Shown here: positions 19,553 to 29,729 of the stretch, one piece after another
Layout of the letters: every line of letters starts with the position of its first letter
How positions within the stretch are numbered: the stretch's first letter is position 1
NCBI GenBank assembly: GCA_015065935.1
Contig: SVPI01000003.1
Location: 30,563 to 94,562 of the forward strand
Direction: 5' to 3'
DNA: 64,000 nt
From: Oscillospiraceae bacterium
GTDB lineage: Bacteria > Bacillota > Clostridia > Oscillospirales > Acutalibacteraceae
Translations under genes and position numbers: made by a program
Notes under the pieces: model-generated
Seen by the model: the letters and a program-made list of their open reading frames with translations, nothing else
Databases searched by the model: none
What the model was told of the DNA's origin: nothing

Positions 19553-21967
19553 TTGAATAAAACACAGGTGGCACAGGTTGTGCTTGAAAGCACTGCGTTT
19601 GATTTTGATAAGCCCTACAGCTATGCTGTTCCCCCACAGTTTTCTTTAAGAGCGGGCTGTCGCGTTGTGGTGCCCTTTGGCCGCGGTAACTCATTAAGGC
19701 AGGGCGTTGTTTTGGAAATTGAAGAGTCAAATGCCGAAAATTTAAAGAGCATTTGCGCTGTTATTGATGAAACTCCCATTTTAAATGACGAAATGCTGAA
19801 ACTCTGCGTATGGCTCCACGAAAATACCTTTTGCACCTATTTTGATGCGGTGCGAACGGTTTTGCCTGTGGGAATAAACCTTAAAACCGATGAAACCTAC
19901 GCGGTTTTAGGGGATAACAATGGTTTAAGTGATGATGAAAATGCGGTTTTAACCATTATTAAAACCCGCTCCACCATTACAAAAAGTCAAATTTTAAGCA
20001 ATAATCCTGCCCATCTTGCCGCCATTAACTCCCTTGTTAAAAAGGGTGTTATTGAGCCGCAAAATTCCCTTACCCGCCAGGTGAGTGAGGCAAAACTTAA
20101 AAGTGCAAGGCTAACTGCCGATGAAGCACAGCTTTCCTCATTTAAGCTTACCCAAAAGCAAAATGAGGTTGTAGAGCTCCTTTTAAAGGAAGGCCCTTTA
20201 AGCATTAAGGAAATCGCCTATTTCACAGGTGTGTCCTTAAGCGTTGTTGAGGCGCTTGAGAGGAAAAAGGTGCTTGAAACCTTTCAAAAGGATGTCTACA
20301 GAACACCCTACCGTTTTGAGGGTACAGGGCAGGCGACCGAAATTAACCTTACTAATGAGCAAAATGAGGCCTTTTGCCGCATTGTTCAATCACAAAAAGA
20401 GGAAAGACAAAAGCCTTGGCTTATTTATGGCATTACAGGTAGTGGCAAAACCCAGGTTTATTTAAAACTTGTTGATTATGCCTTAGAGCAGGGAAAGGGC
20501 GTTATTATAATGGTGCCCGAAATTTCCCTTACTCCGCAAACCATTGAAATTTTCGGCAACCGCTACGGCAGTAAAATCGCCGTCTTCCATTCGGCAATGT
20601 CAATGGGACAAAGAATGGATGAGTGGCGCCGTGTAAATTCGGGTGAGGCCGTTATTGCCATTGGCACACGTTCGGCAGTTTTTGCCCCCATTAAAAATCT
20701 TGGCCTCATTATAATGGATGAGGAGCAGGAGCACACCTATAAATCGGAATCGGCACCCCGCTTTCATGCAAGGGATGTTGCCCGCTTCCGCGCCGCCTAT
20801 AATAGGGCAGGGCTTGTGCTGGCATCGGCCACGCCATCCCTTGAAACCTTTGCAGCGGCCAGAGCAGGGTTTTATAACCTTGCGACCCTTAAAAATCGTT
20901 TTGGAAACGCTGTTTTGCCCGAGGTTATAACTGTTGATATGCGAAGTCAAATTCTAAACGGCAATACCTCAGCACTGAGCACCGAGCTTAAAAACGCGCT
21001 AACCGACACCATAAGCAAAGGTAAGCAGGCAATTTTACTGCTTAACCGCAGGGGACACAACACGGTTATTTCCTGTTCCTCCTGTGGTGAGGTTGTAACC
21101 TGTCCCAACTGCAGCATTTCAATGACCTACCATTCGGCAAATAATCGTCTTATGTGTCATTATTGCGGGCACTCCATTCCTGCTGATTCCACCTGCCCGA
21201 AATGCTCGGGTAAACACCTTAAATTTATGGGCGTTGGTACCCAAAAGGTTGAGCAGGAGCTTGAGGAAATTTTTGAAAACGTGAGTATTTTGCGTCTTGA
21301 TGCCGATACCACCGCCGCAAGAAATTCCTTTGATGAAAAGCTTGCCGCCTTCAGCCGCGGGGAATACCAAATTATGCTTGGCACCCAAATGGTTGCAAAG
21401 GGTCTTAATTTTCCAAATGTAACCCTTGTTGGCGTTTTGGGTATTGATTCGGCAATGTATAGTGAGGATTTCCGAAGCTTCGAGCGTACCTTTTCACTGC
21501 TCACCCAGGTTGTGGGCAGGGCAGGCAGGGGAAATGATAAGGGCACCGCTATTATCCAAACCCTTCACCCCGAGGCAAATGTTATAAGGCTTGCCGCCGC
21601 TCAGGATTACGAGGCGTTTTACGGTGAGGAAATTTTAACCCGAAAGCTTATGATTTACCCGCCCTATTGCGATATTGTTCTTGTGGGCACATCAGCAGCT
21701 ACCCGTGAAAATGCGGCGCAGGCAATAGGCAATGTTTTTGATAACATAAAAAATTTATTAAGTAACGGTTATGAGGATATTAAGCTTGTAATTCTTGGCC
21801 CCGCACCTGCAATGGTTTCGAGAATTAACAACCGCTACCGTTACCGAATGATTATAAAAACAAAAAACTCAAAGAAATTCAGAGAAATGTTGCACAAAGC
21901 AGTTAATGTTAAAAAAAGTTCCGATACCTCGGTGTTTGTGGATATAAACCCTGAGAGTATCATTTAA
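19553..21967 (+). CDS. priA: Primosomal replication-restart helicase PriA
   Basis: GITGSGKTQVY Walker A, MDEEQE Walker B, and the Cys-rich zinc module CSSCGEVVTCPNCSISMTYH...CHYCG...CPKCSG. Confidence 0.95.
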   Translation: MNKTQVAQVVLESTAFDFDKPYSYAVPPQFSLRAGCRVVVPFGRGNSLRQGVVLEIEESNAENLKSICAVIDETPILNDEMLKLCVWLHENTFCTYFDAVRTVLPVGINLKTDETYAVLGDNNGLSDDENAVLTIIKTRSTITKSQILSNNPAHLAAINSLVKKGVIEPQNSLTRQVSEAKLKSARLTADEAQLSSFKLTQKQNEVVELLLKEGPLSIKEIAYFTGVSLSVVEALERKKVLETFQKDVYRTPYRFEGTGQATEINLTNEQNEAFCRIVQSQKEERQKPWLIYGITGSGKTQVYLKLVDYALEQGKGVIIMVPEISLTPQTIEIFGNRYGSKIAVFHSAMSMGQRMDEWRRVNSGEAVIAIGTRSAVFAPIKNLGLIIMDEEQEHTYKSESAPRFHARDVARFRAAYNRAGLVLASATPSLETFAAARAGFYNLATLKNRFGNAVLPEVITVDMRSQILNGNTSALSTELKNALTDTISKGKQAILLLNRRGHNTVISCSSCGEVVTCPNCSISMTYHSANNRLMCHYCGHSIPADSTCPKCSGKHLKFMGVGTQKVEQELEEIFENVSILRLDADTTAARNSFDEKLAAFSRGEYQIMLGTQMVAKGLNFPNVTLVGVLGIDSAMYSEDFRSFERTFSLLTQVVGRAGRGNDKGTAIIQTLHPEANVIRLAAAQDYEAFYGEEILTRKLMIYPPYCDIVLVGTSAATRENAAQAIGNVFDNIKNLLSNGYEDIKLVILGPAPAMVSRINNRYRYRMIIKTKNSKKFREMLHKAVNVKKSSDTSVFVDINPESII

Positions 21968-21980
21968 TACGGAGGAAAAA

Positions 21981-22424
21981 ATGGCAATTCGTAACATTGT
22001 TAAAATCGGCGATGAAATTCTTCACAAGGTCTGCCGCACACAGCTTAATTTTGATGAAAAGTTGGCTACAATTCTTGATGATATGAAGGAAACTATGTAT
22101 GCCGCCGAGGGAGTGGGTCTTGCCGCACCCCAAATTGGCATTTTAAGGCGCTACTGCATTGTTGATGTTGGTGATGGCCTTGTTGAACTTATTAACCCTG
22201 TTATTATAGAGGAAAGCGGCGTTCAAACCGAGGTTGAGGGCTGTTTATCACTCCCGGGGGAAAGTGGCGTTACCAAAAGACCTATGCAGGTTACCGTTCG
22301 CGCTCAGGATAGATTTGGAAACACCTTCACTGTTTCCGGCGAGGGACTAAAGGCAAGGGCATTTTGCCACGAAATTGACCATTTGAACGGAATAATCTAC
22401 AAGGAAAGGTTAATTCGCAAATGA
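21981..22424 (+). CDS. def: Peptide deformylase
   Basis: GVGLAAPQIG, EGCLSLPG and HEIDHLNG motifs. Confidence 0.95.
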   Translation: MAIRNIVKIGDEILHKVCRTQLNFDEKLATILDDMKETMYAAEGVGLAAPQIGILRRYCIVDVGDGLVELINPVIIEESGVQTEVEGCLSLPGESGVTKRPMQVTVRAQDRFGNTFTVSGEGLKARAFCHEIDHLNGIIYKERLIRK

Positions 22425-23341
22425 GGATAGTTTTTATGGGCACACCCGATTTTGCGGTGCCCACCCTTAAGGCTCTAATTTCCGCGGGTCACAGCGTTGT
22501 GGGTGTTTTCACACAACCCGATAAGCCTGTTGGAAGAAAACAGATTTTAACCCCTCCACCTGTTAAGGTTGAGGCAGAAAAAAACGGCATTCGTGTTTTT
22601 CAGCCCACAACCCTTAGAGATGGTGCAGCTTATGAAATTTTAAAAGAGCTTAACCCCGAAATAATTGTTGTTGTGGCGTATGGTAAGATTTTACCTAAAG
22701 AAATCCTTGATTTGCCAAAATATAAATGTGTTAACGGCCACGCATCCCTTTTGCCGCGGCACAGGGGCGCCTCACCCATTCAGTGGTCCATTGTTTGCGG
22801 AGACAAGGTTACAGGTGTTACCACAATGCTTATGGACGAGGGAATGGACACGGGCGATATGCTTGAGACCGTTACCACCGAAATTTCAGATACCGATACC
22901 GCCGAAACCCTGCACGATAGGCTATCCATTCTCGGAGCAGAGCTTATGTGTTCAACCCTTGAAAAAATTGAAAAGGGAAGTATTACCCCAAAACCCCAGG
23001 GTGAAAACGGCGTAACCTATGCCCCCATAATAAAAAAAGAAATGGGCATTTTGGATTTTAGTAAAAACGCTAAAGAGCTGCACTGCCTTATCCGCGCCTT
23101 TTCAGGCTGGCCTGTGGCATATTTCAGCCTTAACGGCAAGCGTGTTAAGGTTTACAGTGCCGAGGTAGCTGTGGGCGATGGCAGCGTGGCAACAGTTTTA
23201 AGCAGTAAAAACGAATTTGTTGTTTCCTGCGGTGAGAACACTGCATTAAAGCTTACAAGGCTTCAAATTGAGGGCTCAAAGCCAATGGATGCAAAGGCAT
23301 TTCTTTGTGGTAATGCTATCCCGGTCGGCACAAAGCTTTAA
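22421..23341 (+). CDS. fmt: Methionyl-tRNA formyltransferase
   Basis: NGHASLLPRHRGASPIQ motif. The start overlaps the def stop (ATGA). Confidence 0.95.
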   Translation: MRIVFMGTPDFAVPTLKALISAGHSVVGVFTQPDKPVGRKQILTPPPVKVEAEKNGIRVFQPTTLRDGAAYEILKELNPEIIVVVAYGKILPKEILDLPKYKCVNGHASLLPRHRGASPIQWSIVCGDKVTGVTTMLMDEGMDTGDMLETVTTEISDTDTAETLHDRLSILGAELMCSTLEKIEKGSITPKPQGENGVTYAPIIKKEMGILDFSKNAKELHCLIRAFSGWPVAYFSLNGKRVKVYSAEVAVGDGSVATVLSSKNEFVVSCGENTALKLTRLQIEGSKPMDAKAFLCGNAIPVGTKL

Positions 23342-23355
23342 AGGATTTTAAAATT

Positions 23356-24630
23356 ATGGCTAATGCAAGAAAAATTGCGGTAAAGGCGCTTTTAGAGGTT
23401 GAAAAGGAAAAATCCTATTCCAATTTAACCCTTGCCGCTCTCTTTAAAGAATACCCCGATTTAAGCAGTCAGGATAAAGCCCTTATAAGCAATATTTTTT
23501 ACGGTGTTTTAGACCGAAAGATAACCCTTGATTATTTTCTTTCAAAGCTAATTAAAACACCGGTAAACAAAATTAAGCCCTTCACCCTTTGTGTGCTTAG
23601 AAGTGCCCTTTATCAAATTGCTTATCTTGATAAAATTCCCGATTCCGCCGCAGTTAACGAGGCAGTTAAGCTTATGAAAAACTCTAAAGAGTCTTACATG
23701 AGCGGCTTTGTTAACGCTGTGCTGAGAAATTTTTTGCGAAATCCTGTTGAACTGCCGGAAGGGGATACGGTAGATGACCTTTCGGTTAAATATTCCTGCC
23801 CTAAATGGATTGTGGAAAACTTTATTAAGGATTATTCCCTTAATGATGCAAAGGAGCTTTTAGAGGCTTCTCTCAAAGCGGCACCCCTTTATTTAAGGGT
23901 GAACACCCTTAAAACCCATCGCGATGCTTTAATTTCAAAGCTAACCGAGCAGGGGAACGATGCAAAACCCGCAGAACTGGAAAACGCCGTGGAAATTTGC
24001 GGCGGTATGACCTTTAATGATAACGAGCTTTTTAAAGAAGGACTTTTCCATGTTCAGGATTTATCAAGTCAAAAATGTGCCGCGCTTTTAGAGCCTAGGG
24101 AAAACGAGCGCATTTTGGACCTTTGCGCCGCCCCGGGCGGAAAATCCTTTTTGGTAGCACAGCTTATGAATAATAAAGGCACACTTTTTTCCTGTGACCT
24201 TTATGAGCATAGAACACGGCTTATAGCCGAGGGCGCAAAAAGGCTTGGTATTAACATTATCACCGCCAAAACCCTTGATGCCACAAAGCCACTAAGTTTT
24301 AGCGAACCCTTTGATGCCGTTTTATGCGATGTTCCGTGTTCAGGCCTTGGCATATTAAGGCGAAAGCCCGACATAAAGTATAACGCACAGAGTGACCTTG
24401 AAGAGCTTGAGAAAATTCAGGGCCAAATTTTAAGAAATGCCGCAAAGTTGGTTAAAAAGGGCGGCAGAATTCTTTACTCCACCTGCACAATAAGAAAGGC
24501 CGAAAACGAGGAAATTGTAAGGGCCTTTTTAACCGAAAATAAAAATGCGGTTTTAAGGTATGAGCATACCTTTTTACCCCATAAGGAAACAGCCGATGGC
24601 TTTTACACGGCACTAATTGATATTAACTAG
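23356..24630 (+). CDS. rsmB: 16S rRNA (cytosine967-C5)-methyltransferase
   Basis: An N-terminal NusB-like domain, then DLCAAPGGKS, DVPCSGLG and YSTCT motifs. Confidence 0.9.
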   Translation: MANARKIAVKALLEVEKEKSYSNLTLAALFKEYPDLSSQDKALISNIFYGVLDRKITLDYFLSKLIKTPVNKIKPFTLCVLRSALYQIAYLDKIPDSAAVNEAVKLMKNSKESYMSGFVNAVLRNFLRNPVELPEGDTVDDLSVKYSCPKWIVENFIKDYSLNDAKELLEASLKAAPLYLRVNTLKTHRDALISKLTEQGNDAKPAELENAVEICGGMTFNDNELFKEGLFHVQDLSSQKCAALLEPRENERILDLCAAPGGKSFLVAQLMNNKGTLFSCDLYEHRTRLIAEGAKRLGINIITAKTLDATKPLSFSEPFDAVLCDVPCSGLGILRRKPDIKYNAQSDLEELEKIQGQILRNAAKLVKKGGRILYSTCTIRKAENEEIVRAFLTENKNAVLRYEHTFLPHKETADGFYTALIDIN

Positions 24631-24645
24631 CAAAGAGGTGAACCC

Positions 24646-25680
24646 TTGGATAAGGTAGATATTAAGTCCCTTTATTTAGAGGAGCTTGAAGCCCTTTTAA
24701 AGGAAATGGGCGAGCCAAAATTCCGCGCCGCACAAATTTTTAAGTGGCTGCATTCAGGGGCAACCACCTTTGAGGAAATGACCAACCTTTCAAAGGCGCT
24801 TAGAATAAAACTCAGTGAAAAATGCTACATTGCAAATGTGGAAATTGTCCGCCGCCTTGAAAGTAAACTTGATGGCACCGTAAAATATCTTTACCGCCTT
24901 TTTGATGGTCAGCTTATTGAATCGGTTTTAATGAAGTATAACCACGGCTACACCGTGTGCATATCAACCCAGGTGGGTTGCCGAATGGGCTGCAGCTTTT
25001 GCGCATCGGGCATAAACGGTCTTGCAAGGAATTTAACCGCCTCCGAAATGATAGCACAGCTGCTTTTCCCCCAAAGGGACAATGACATTCGTGTTAGCAA
25101 TGTTGTTATGATGGGAATGGGCGAGCCCCTTGATAACTTTGATAATTCCGTACGATTTTTAAAGCTTGTATCGGATGAAAAGGGAATGAACATTGGGCTT
25201 CGACATATATCTCTTTCAACCTCGGGTGTAGTCAGCGGCATTTTAAAGCTTGCCGAATATAAATTTCCCATAACCCTTTCCATTTCGCTTCACGCGCCAA
25301 GCGATGAAATAAGGGATAAAATTATGCGGGTTAATAAAAAGTGGAATGTTGAAGCTTTACTTGATGCCTGCAAAAAATATCAAAGCGCAACAGGGCGCCG
25401 AATTTCCTTTGAATATGCGTTAATGCACGGCATTAACGATACTGAGGAATGCGCCGAAATGCTGGCTAAAAAGCTTAAAGGAATAATGTGCCATGTTAAC
25501 CTTATTCCTGCAAACCCTGTTGCAGAAACACAGTTTAAAAAACCCGATAAAAAACAAATTATGTTTTTTTGCGAGTTATTAAATAAAAAAGGATTAAATT
25601 CAACAATTCGCCGAACCCTGGGTGCTGATATTGAGGCCTCTTGCGGACAACTGCGGCGGAAAGAAGGGTGTGAAACTTAA
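24646..25680 (+). CDS. rlmN: 23S rRNA/tRNA (adenine-C2)-methyltransferase, radical SAM
   Basis: CRMGCSFCASG (CxxxCxxC), GMGEPLDN, and a C-terminal catalytic Cys context. TTG start follows AGAGGTGA. Confidence 0.95.
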   Translation: MDKVDIKSLYLEELEALLKEMGEPKFRAAQIFKWLHSGATTFEEMTNLSKALRIKLSEKCYIANVEIVRRLESKLDGTVKYLYRLFDGQLIESVLMKYNHGYTVCISTQVGCRMGCSFCASGINGLARNLTASEMIAQLLFPQRDNDIRVSNVVMMGMGEPLDNFDNSVRFLKLVSDEKGMNIGLRHISLSTSGVVSGILKLAEYKFPITLSISLHAPSDEIRDKIMRVNKKWNVEALLDACKKYQSATGRRISFEYALMHGINDTEECAEMLAKKLKGIMCHVNLIPANPVAETQFKKPDKKQIMFFCELLNKKGLNSTIRRTLGADIEASCGQLRRKEGCET

Positions 25681-25681
25681 A

Positions 25682-26413
25682 GTGAGAATTTTTTGTGAAA
25701 CCGATGTGGGCAAATCACGGGAAATTAATCAAGATGCCTACATTGCCCGCGTTTTAGAGGGCGGTGCGGCACTTGCCGTTGTTTGTGACGGTATGGGCGG
25801 TGCAAATGCAGGTAATGTTGCAAGCGCACAGGCCACCAAGACAGTTTATGATTATGTGTTGCGCTCCTGGCAGCCCAGTATGAGCGCTTCCCAAATTAAA
25901 AATTTGCTCTGCTCAGCGGTTATGTCGGCAAATCTTGAGGTTTTTGATGCCGCATCAAAAAATGAAGAACTTAAGGGAATGGGAACAACGGTGGTTGCGG
26001 TAATAGCCACAAAAACGGTATCCCACATTGTTCACGTGGGGGATAGCCGCGCCTATCTTATAAGGGATAATACACTTTCCCAAATTACAACCGACCATTC
26101 TATGGTGCAGCGTATGATAGAAAGCGGTCAGCTTACTGCCGATGAAGCCAAAAGCGACCCCAGAAAAAATATTATTACCAGAGCATTGGGCGTTGAAGAA
26201 GACCTTAACATTGATTATAACGAGCTTGATTTATGCGATAAGGATATGCTGCTTATATGCACCGATGGACTTTCAAATATGCTAAGCTCCGAGGAAATTT
26301 TAAAAATTGTCAGCCAGTCACCACAAGAAAATGCCACGGCGCAGCTGATATCTGCGGCAAACGAGGTTGGCGGCAGTGACAACATAACAACGGTTCTTAT
26401 TTTCAATGACTAA
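25682..26413 (+). CDS. stp: PP2C-family Ser/Thr protein phosphatase
   Basis: ETDVGKSREINQDAY, VCDGMGG, CTDGLSN and GGSDNITTVL motifs. I chose GTG at 25682, just after the rlmN stop; the exact start is uncertain. Confidence 0.85.
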   Translation: MRIFCETDVGKSREINQDAYIARVLEGGAALAVVCDGMGGANAGNVASAQATKTVYDYVLRSWQPSMSASQIKNLLCSAVMSANLEVFDAASKNEELKGMGTTVVAVIATKTVSHIVHVGDSRAYLIRDNTLSQITTDHSMVQRMIESGQLTADEAKSDPRKNIITRALGVEEDLNIDYNELDLCDKDMLLICTDGLSNMLSSEEILKIVSQSPQENATAQLISAANEVGGSDNITTVLIFND

Positions 26414-26436
26414 ACTGTGTGATAGGAGAAAGAAGT

Positions 26437-28404
26437 ATGGATAGATTTGTAGGAAAGCGCCTTGATGGTCGCTATGAAATTAAAGAAATAATCGGCGTAG
26501 GCGGTATGGCGGTTGTTTATAAGGCATACGACAACATTGAAGACAGAATCGTTGCCGTTAAAATCTTAAAGGAGGAGTTTGTTTCCAACGAGGAATTTAC
26601 CCGCCGCTTTAAGAACGAATCCAAGGCCATTGCCGTTTTATCCCACCCCAACATTGTAAAGGTTTTCGATGTTAGCTTTGGTGATTTAATTCAGTATATT
26701 GTTATGGAGTATATCGATGGTATCACCCTTAAAGAGCTTATTGAAAAGGAAGGAAGCCTCCGTTGGAAGGATGCCCTTTATTTCACCGTTCAAATTTTAA
26801 AGGGACTTCAGCACGCTCACGATAAGGGTATTGTTCACCGTGATATTAAACCCCAAAACATTATGGTTTTATCTGATGGCACTATTAAGGTTACCGATTT
26901 CGGCATTGCTCGTTTTGCAAGAAGTGAGCAAAGAACAATTACCGATAAGGCAATCGGCTCGGTTCATTATATCAGCCCTGAGCAGGCAAGGGGAGATGCT
27001 ACCGATGAAAAGGCAGACATTTACTCTGTTGGTGTAATGCTTTATGAAATGCTTACAGGTCAGCTTCCCTTTGAGGCAGACAGTGCCGTTTCGGTTGCTA
27101 TTATGCAGCTTCAAAGAGAGCCTAAAATGCCAAGGGATATAAATGGCTCAATTCCTGAAGGCCTTGAACAAATTACAATGCACGCAATGCAGAAAAACAG
27201 CGAGCGCCGCTATAAATCGGCAGCCGAAATGCTTTGCGATTTAGAGGAGTTTAAAAAGGACCCCTCTGCAACCTTCAGCTATAACTATTTTGTAGATAAT
27301 TCACCCACAAAATATATTTCCGATGCAAATGTAAATACCGAAGAGGATACCGAGGATGAGGGCGAGGAAAAATCACCCATCATTCCTGTTCTTGCAGGAA
27401 TTGCGGTTACCTTTGTTATCGGCGTTATCGTTATTCTTTCAATTTTCCTGCCTAGGCTTTTTGGTGGCACAGGCGGCGAGATTTCCTGTCCTAAGCTTGT
27501 TGGCCAGCACTGGGAAACTGTTGATAATAACGAGGAATATGATGAAATTTTCAGCAAAATTGATTTTGTTTGGAAAAATAACAGTGAGTATGAGTTCGGC
27601 TACATTTACCAGCAGTCAAAGCCTGAGGGTAAAAAGATAAAGGCCGGCAACACAATTACCGCCTATGTAAGTATGGGTAAAAAGACAGTTATTGTCCCCG
27701 ATGTTTATGAGTACACCGATGCTTCGGCCATAACAGTGCTTGAAAACCTTGGCTTTAAGTGCAATGTTGTTAAGGTTAACGATGAAAAAATTGATAAGGA
27801 TATGGTAATAAAAACCCAACCCGAGCGTGGCTTTAGCGCCTATGAGGGTGATGAAATCACAATTTATGTGAGCCTTGGCAAACCTACCGTTTATGTTGAA
27901 CTGCCTAATGTTATCGGCCTTACCGAGGAGGATGCCAAAAAGCGCCTCGAGAAGGATGGACTTAAGGTTGGCGTTGTAACCTATGTTTACAATTCACCCG
28001 CTCCGAAGGGCGTTGTTGTAGGTCAAAATCCCTCGGCCGGACAGGAGGAGCAGGTTGGTGAAGGAACCGCGGTTGACCTTGAGGTTAGCAACGGCGAAAC
28101 ACAGTACACCATTAAGTTCGATGTTCAGCTTCCCACCGATTTTATTTATGATATAGGTAAGGTTTCGGTTTGGGTTGGCGGAGAAATGGTTTACGAAACC
28201 CCCAACAAAATTGAAATCAACAAAAAGGGAACCTGCTCGGTTGAGTTCACCTCAAAAGTAAAAGAAGAAAGCGTTACCGTTAAGCTTTCCGATGGTGCCG
28301 AAAACCCCACCTATAAGGATTATAAGGATTACAGGGTTAACTGTGAAAACAACACAATTATTGGTGAAGAAACCCACCAATATCCTAAAAAACCTAATCA
28401 GTAA
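26437..28404 (+). CDS. prkC: Ser/Thr protein kinase with extracellular PASTA repeats
   Basis: GVGGMAVVYKA, HRDIKPQN, TDFGIAR and YISPEQ motifs, one TM helix (IIPVLAGIAVTFVIGVIVILSIFL), then three PASTA-like repeats and a C-terminal beta domain. Start is ATG at 26437, after AGGAGAAAG. Confidence 0.9.
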   Translation: MDRFVGKRLDGRYEIKEIIGVGGMAVVYKAYDNIEDRIVAVKILKEEFVSNEEFTRRFKNESKAIAVLSHPNIVKVFDVSFGDLIQYIVMEYIDGITLKELIEKEGSLRWKDALYFTVQILKGLQHAHDKGIVHRDIKPQNIMVLSDGTIKVTDFGIARFARSEQRTITDKAIGSVHYISPEQARGDATDEKADIYSVGVMLYEMLTGQLPFEADSAVSVAIMQLQREPKMPRDINGSIPEGLEQITMHAMQKNSERRYKSAAEMLCDLEEFKKDPSATFSYNYFVDNSPTKYISDANVNTEEDTEDEGEEKSPIIPVLAGIAVTFVIGVIVILSIFLPRLFGGTGGEISCPKLVGQHWETVDNNEEYDEIFSKIDFVWKNNSEYEFGYIYQQSKPEGKKIKAGNTITAYVSMGKKTVIVPDVYEYTDASAITVLENLGFKCNVVKVNDEKIDKDMVIKTQPERGFSAYEGDEITIYVSLGKPTVYVELPNVIGLTEEDAKKRLEKDGLKVGVVTYVYNSPAPKGVVVGQNPSAGQEEQVGEGTAVDLEVSNGETQYTIKFDVQLPTDFIYDIGKVSVWVGGEMVYETPNKIEINKKGTCSVEFTSKVKEESVTVKLSDGAENPTYKDYKDYRVNCENNTIIGEETHQYPKKPNQ

Positions 28405-28415
28405 AGGAACATTTA

Positions 28416-29303
28416 ATGGAAGGTATTATAATTAAAGCAATTTCAGGCTTTTATTATGTAAAAACCGAAACAGGTATATTTGAATGTAAGGCAAGAGGTG
28501 TTTTCCGCAAGGAAAACATCTCTCCCATTGTGGGAGATAGGGTGCTGTTTTCTAAAACAAGCGAGAAAAGTGGCGTTGTAGAGGAAATTTTACCCCGCAA
28601 AAACTGCCTTGTAAGACCGCTTATTGCAAATCTGGATAAGCTGTTTATAGTGTCTGCCTACGAAAACCCCGCCCCAAACGCCCTGCTTATTGACCGACTT
28701 ATTGCCATTTGCGAAATGGCTGAAATTGAGCCTGTTCTCATTTTTAACAAAAGCGATTTAGGCGATTTTTCCAGCTGGGCTTCTATTTACGAAAAGGCGG
28801 GCTTTAAGGTCTACACCGTTTCCTGCAAAAATGGTGACGGTATTGAGGAGATTATACCTGAGTTTAAAAACTGCACCTGTGCTTTTGCGGGAAATTCAGG
28901 TGTTGGTAAATCCAGTATTTTATCCCAACTTTTGCCCGAAATTACCTTTGCTACAGGTGAGGTAAGTAAAAAGCTGGGTCGCGGCCGCCACACAACGAGA
29001 ACGGTTGAGCTTTTTGTAAACTCACACGGCGGTCTTGTTGCCGATACCCCCGGCTTTGCCTCGGTAGAGAATGACAAATTTGATTTAAGCTTTAAAGAAA
29101 ATCTGCCGTTTTTATTCAGAGAGTTTGAGCCTTTTTTAAACGATTGCCGTTTTACAGGCTGCTCACACACAGCGGAAAAGGGCTGTGCCGTTATTGAGGC
29201 CGTTGAAAAAGGCGAAATTTCAAAAAGCCGATTTGAAAGCTATGTTGCCCTTTATAACGAGGTTAAGGATTTAAAGCCTTGGGAAGCAAAAAGAAAAAAT
29301 TAG
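28416..29303 (+). CDS. rsgA: Ribosome small-subunit-dependent GTPase A
   Basis: FNKSDL, GNSGVGKSS and the C-terminal zinc motif CRFTGCSHTAEKGCAV. Confidence 0.95.
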   Translation: MEGIIIKAISGFYYVKTETGIFECKARGVFRKENISPIVGDRVLFSKTSEKSGVVEEILPRKNCLVRPLIANLDKLFIVSAYENPAPNALLIDRLIAICEMAEIEPVLIFNKSDLGDFSSWASIYEKAGFKVYTVSCKNGDGIEEIIPEFKNCTCAFAGNSGVGKSSILSQLLPEITFATGEVSKKLGRGRHTTRTVELFVNSHGGLVADTPGFASVENDKFDLSFKENLPFLFREFEPFLNDCRFTGCSHTAEKGCAVIEAVEKGEISKSRFESYVALYNEVKDLKPWEAKRKN

Positions 29304-29369
29304 TGTAACAAATTGCCCCCTGCCTGCTTATACTGTTAGTGTAAGAATTATTTAAACGGTGGTGACAGG

Positions 29370-29519
29370 GTGCGTAGGAGAAACTGCACTAATAAAGGAA
29401 TTTTAGCAATAGCCTTTGCGGTAGGCATTGCGCTTGCCTGCATTTGTCCGTCGGATTTTTTGGTGGGCGTTCTCGCCATTGCCGTAATAATTCTTGGAAT
29501 TAGCTGTGCATTTAAATAG
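29370..29519 (+). CDS. Possible small membrane protein (49 aa)
   Basis: Below the ORF-track cut-off. GTG start follows GGTGGTGA. My translation is VRRRNCTNKGILAIAFAVGIALACICPSDFLVGVLAIAVIILGISCAFK, with two hydrophobic helices. Support is only ORF, RBS and position upstream of spoVM. Confidence 0.35.
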   Translation: MRRRNCTNKGILAIAFAVGIALACICPSDFLVGVLAIAVIILGISCAFK

Positions 29520-29541
29520 GCACTGACGGAGGTTTGCTTTA

Positions 29542-29628
29542 ATGAAGGTTGTTTTGGTTAAAAGTCCTAAGTTTTTAAGCGGAATACTCAGAATGTTCTT
29601 CGGCATTAAAAAAAGACAAGATAATTAA
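29542..29628 (+). CDS. spoVM: Stage V sporulation protein M (28 aa amphipathic peptide)
   Basis: Missed by the ORF track. My translation is MKVVLVKSPKFLSGILRMFFGIKKRQDN, compared with B. subtilis SpoVM MKFYTIKLPKFLGGIVRAMLGSFRKD as I recall it. GGAGG lies 9 nt upstream and a terminator follows. The position after prkC-rsgA matches Bacillus. Confidence 0.8.
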   Translation: MKVVLVKSPKFLSGILRMFFGIKKRQDN

Positions 29629-29637
29629 AAATACATA

Positions 29638-29670
29638 AAGCGGTCGCATTAAAAAGATGCGGCCGCTTTT
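29638..29670 (+). terminator. Intrinsic terminator after spoVM
   Basis: The stem aaagcggtcgcat / atgcggccgcttt contains one G-T wobble. It ends in TTTT. Confidence 0.75.
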
Positions 29671-29729
29671 ATCATATCTTAACCTTCTTCAAAATATATT
29701 TATATAAAAAAGAAGGGAACGAGAATGTT

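Noticed and set aside
29403-29606. 67-aa minus-strand ORF from the track
   Set aside because: It is antisense to spoVM and to the 49-aa ORF. It has no RBS and a basic low-complexity translation. The plus-strand spoVM reading, with GGAGG and a terminator, explains the region better.
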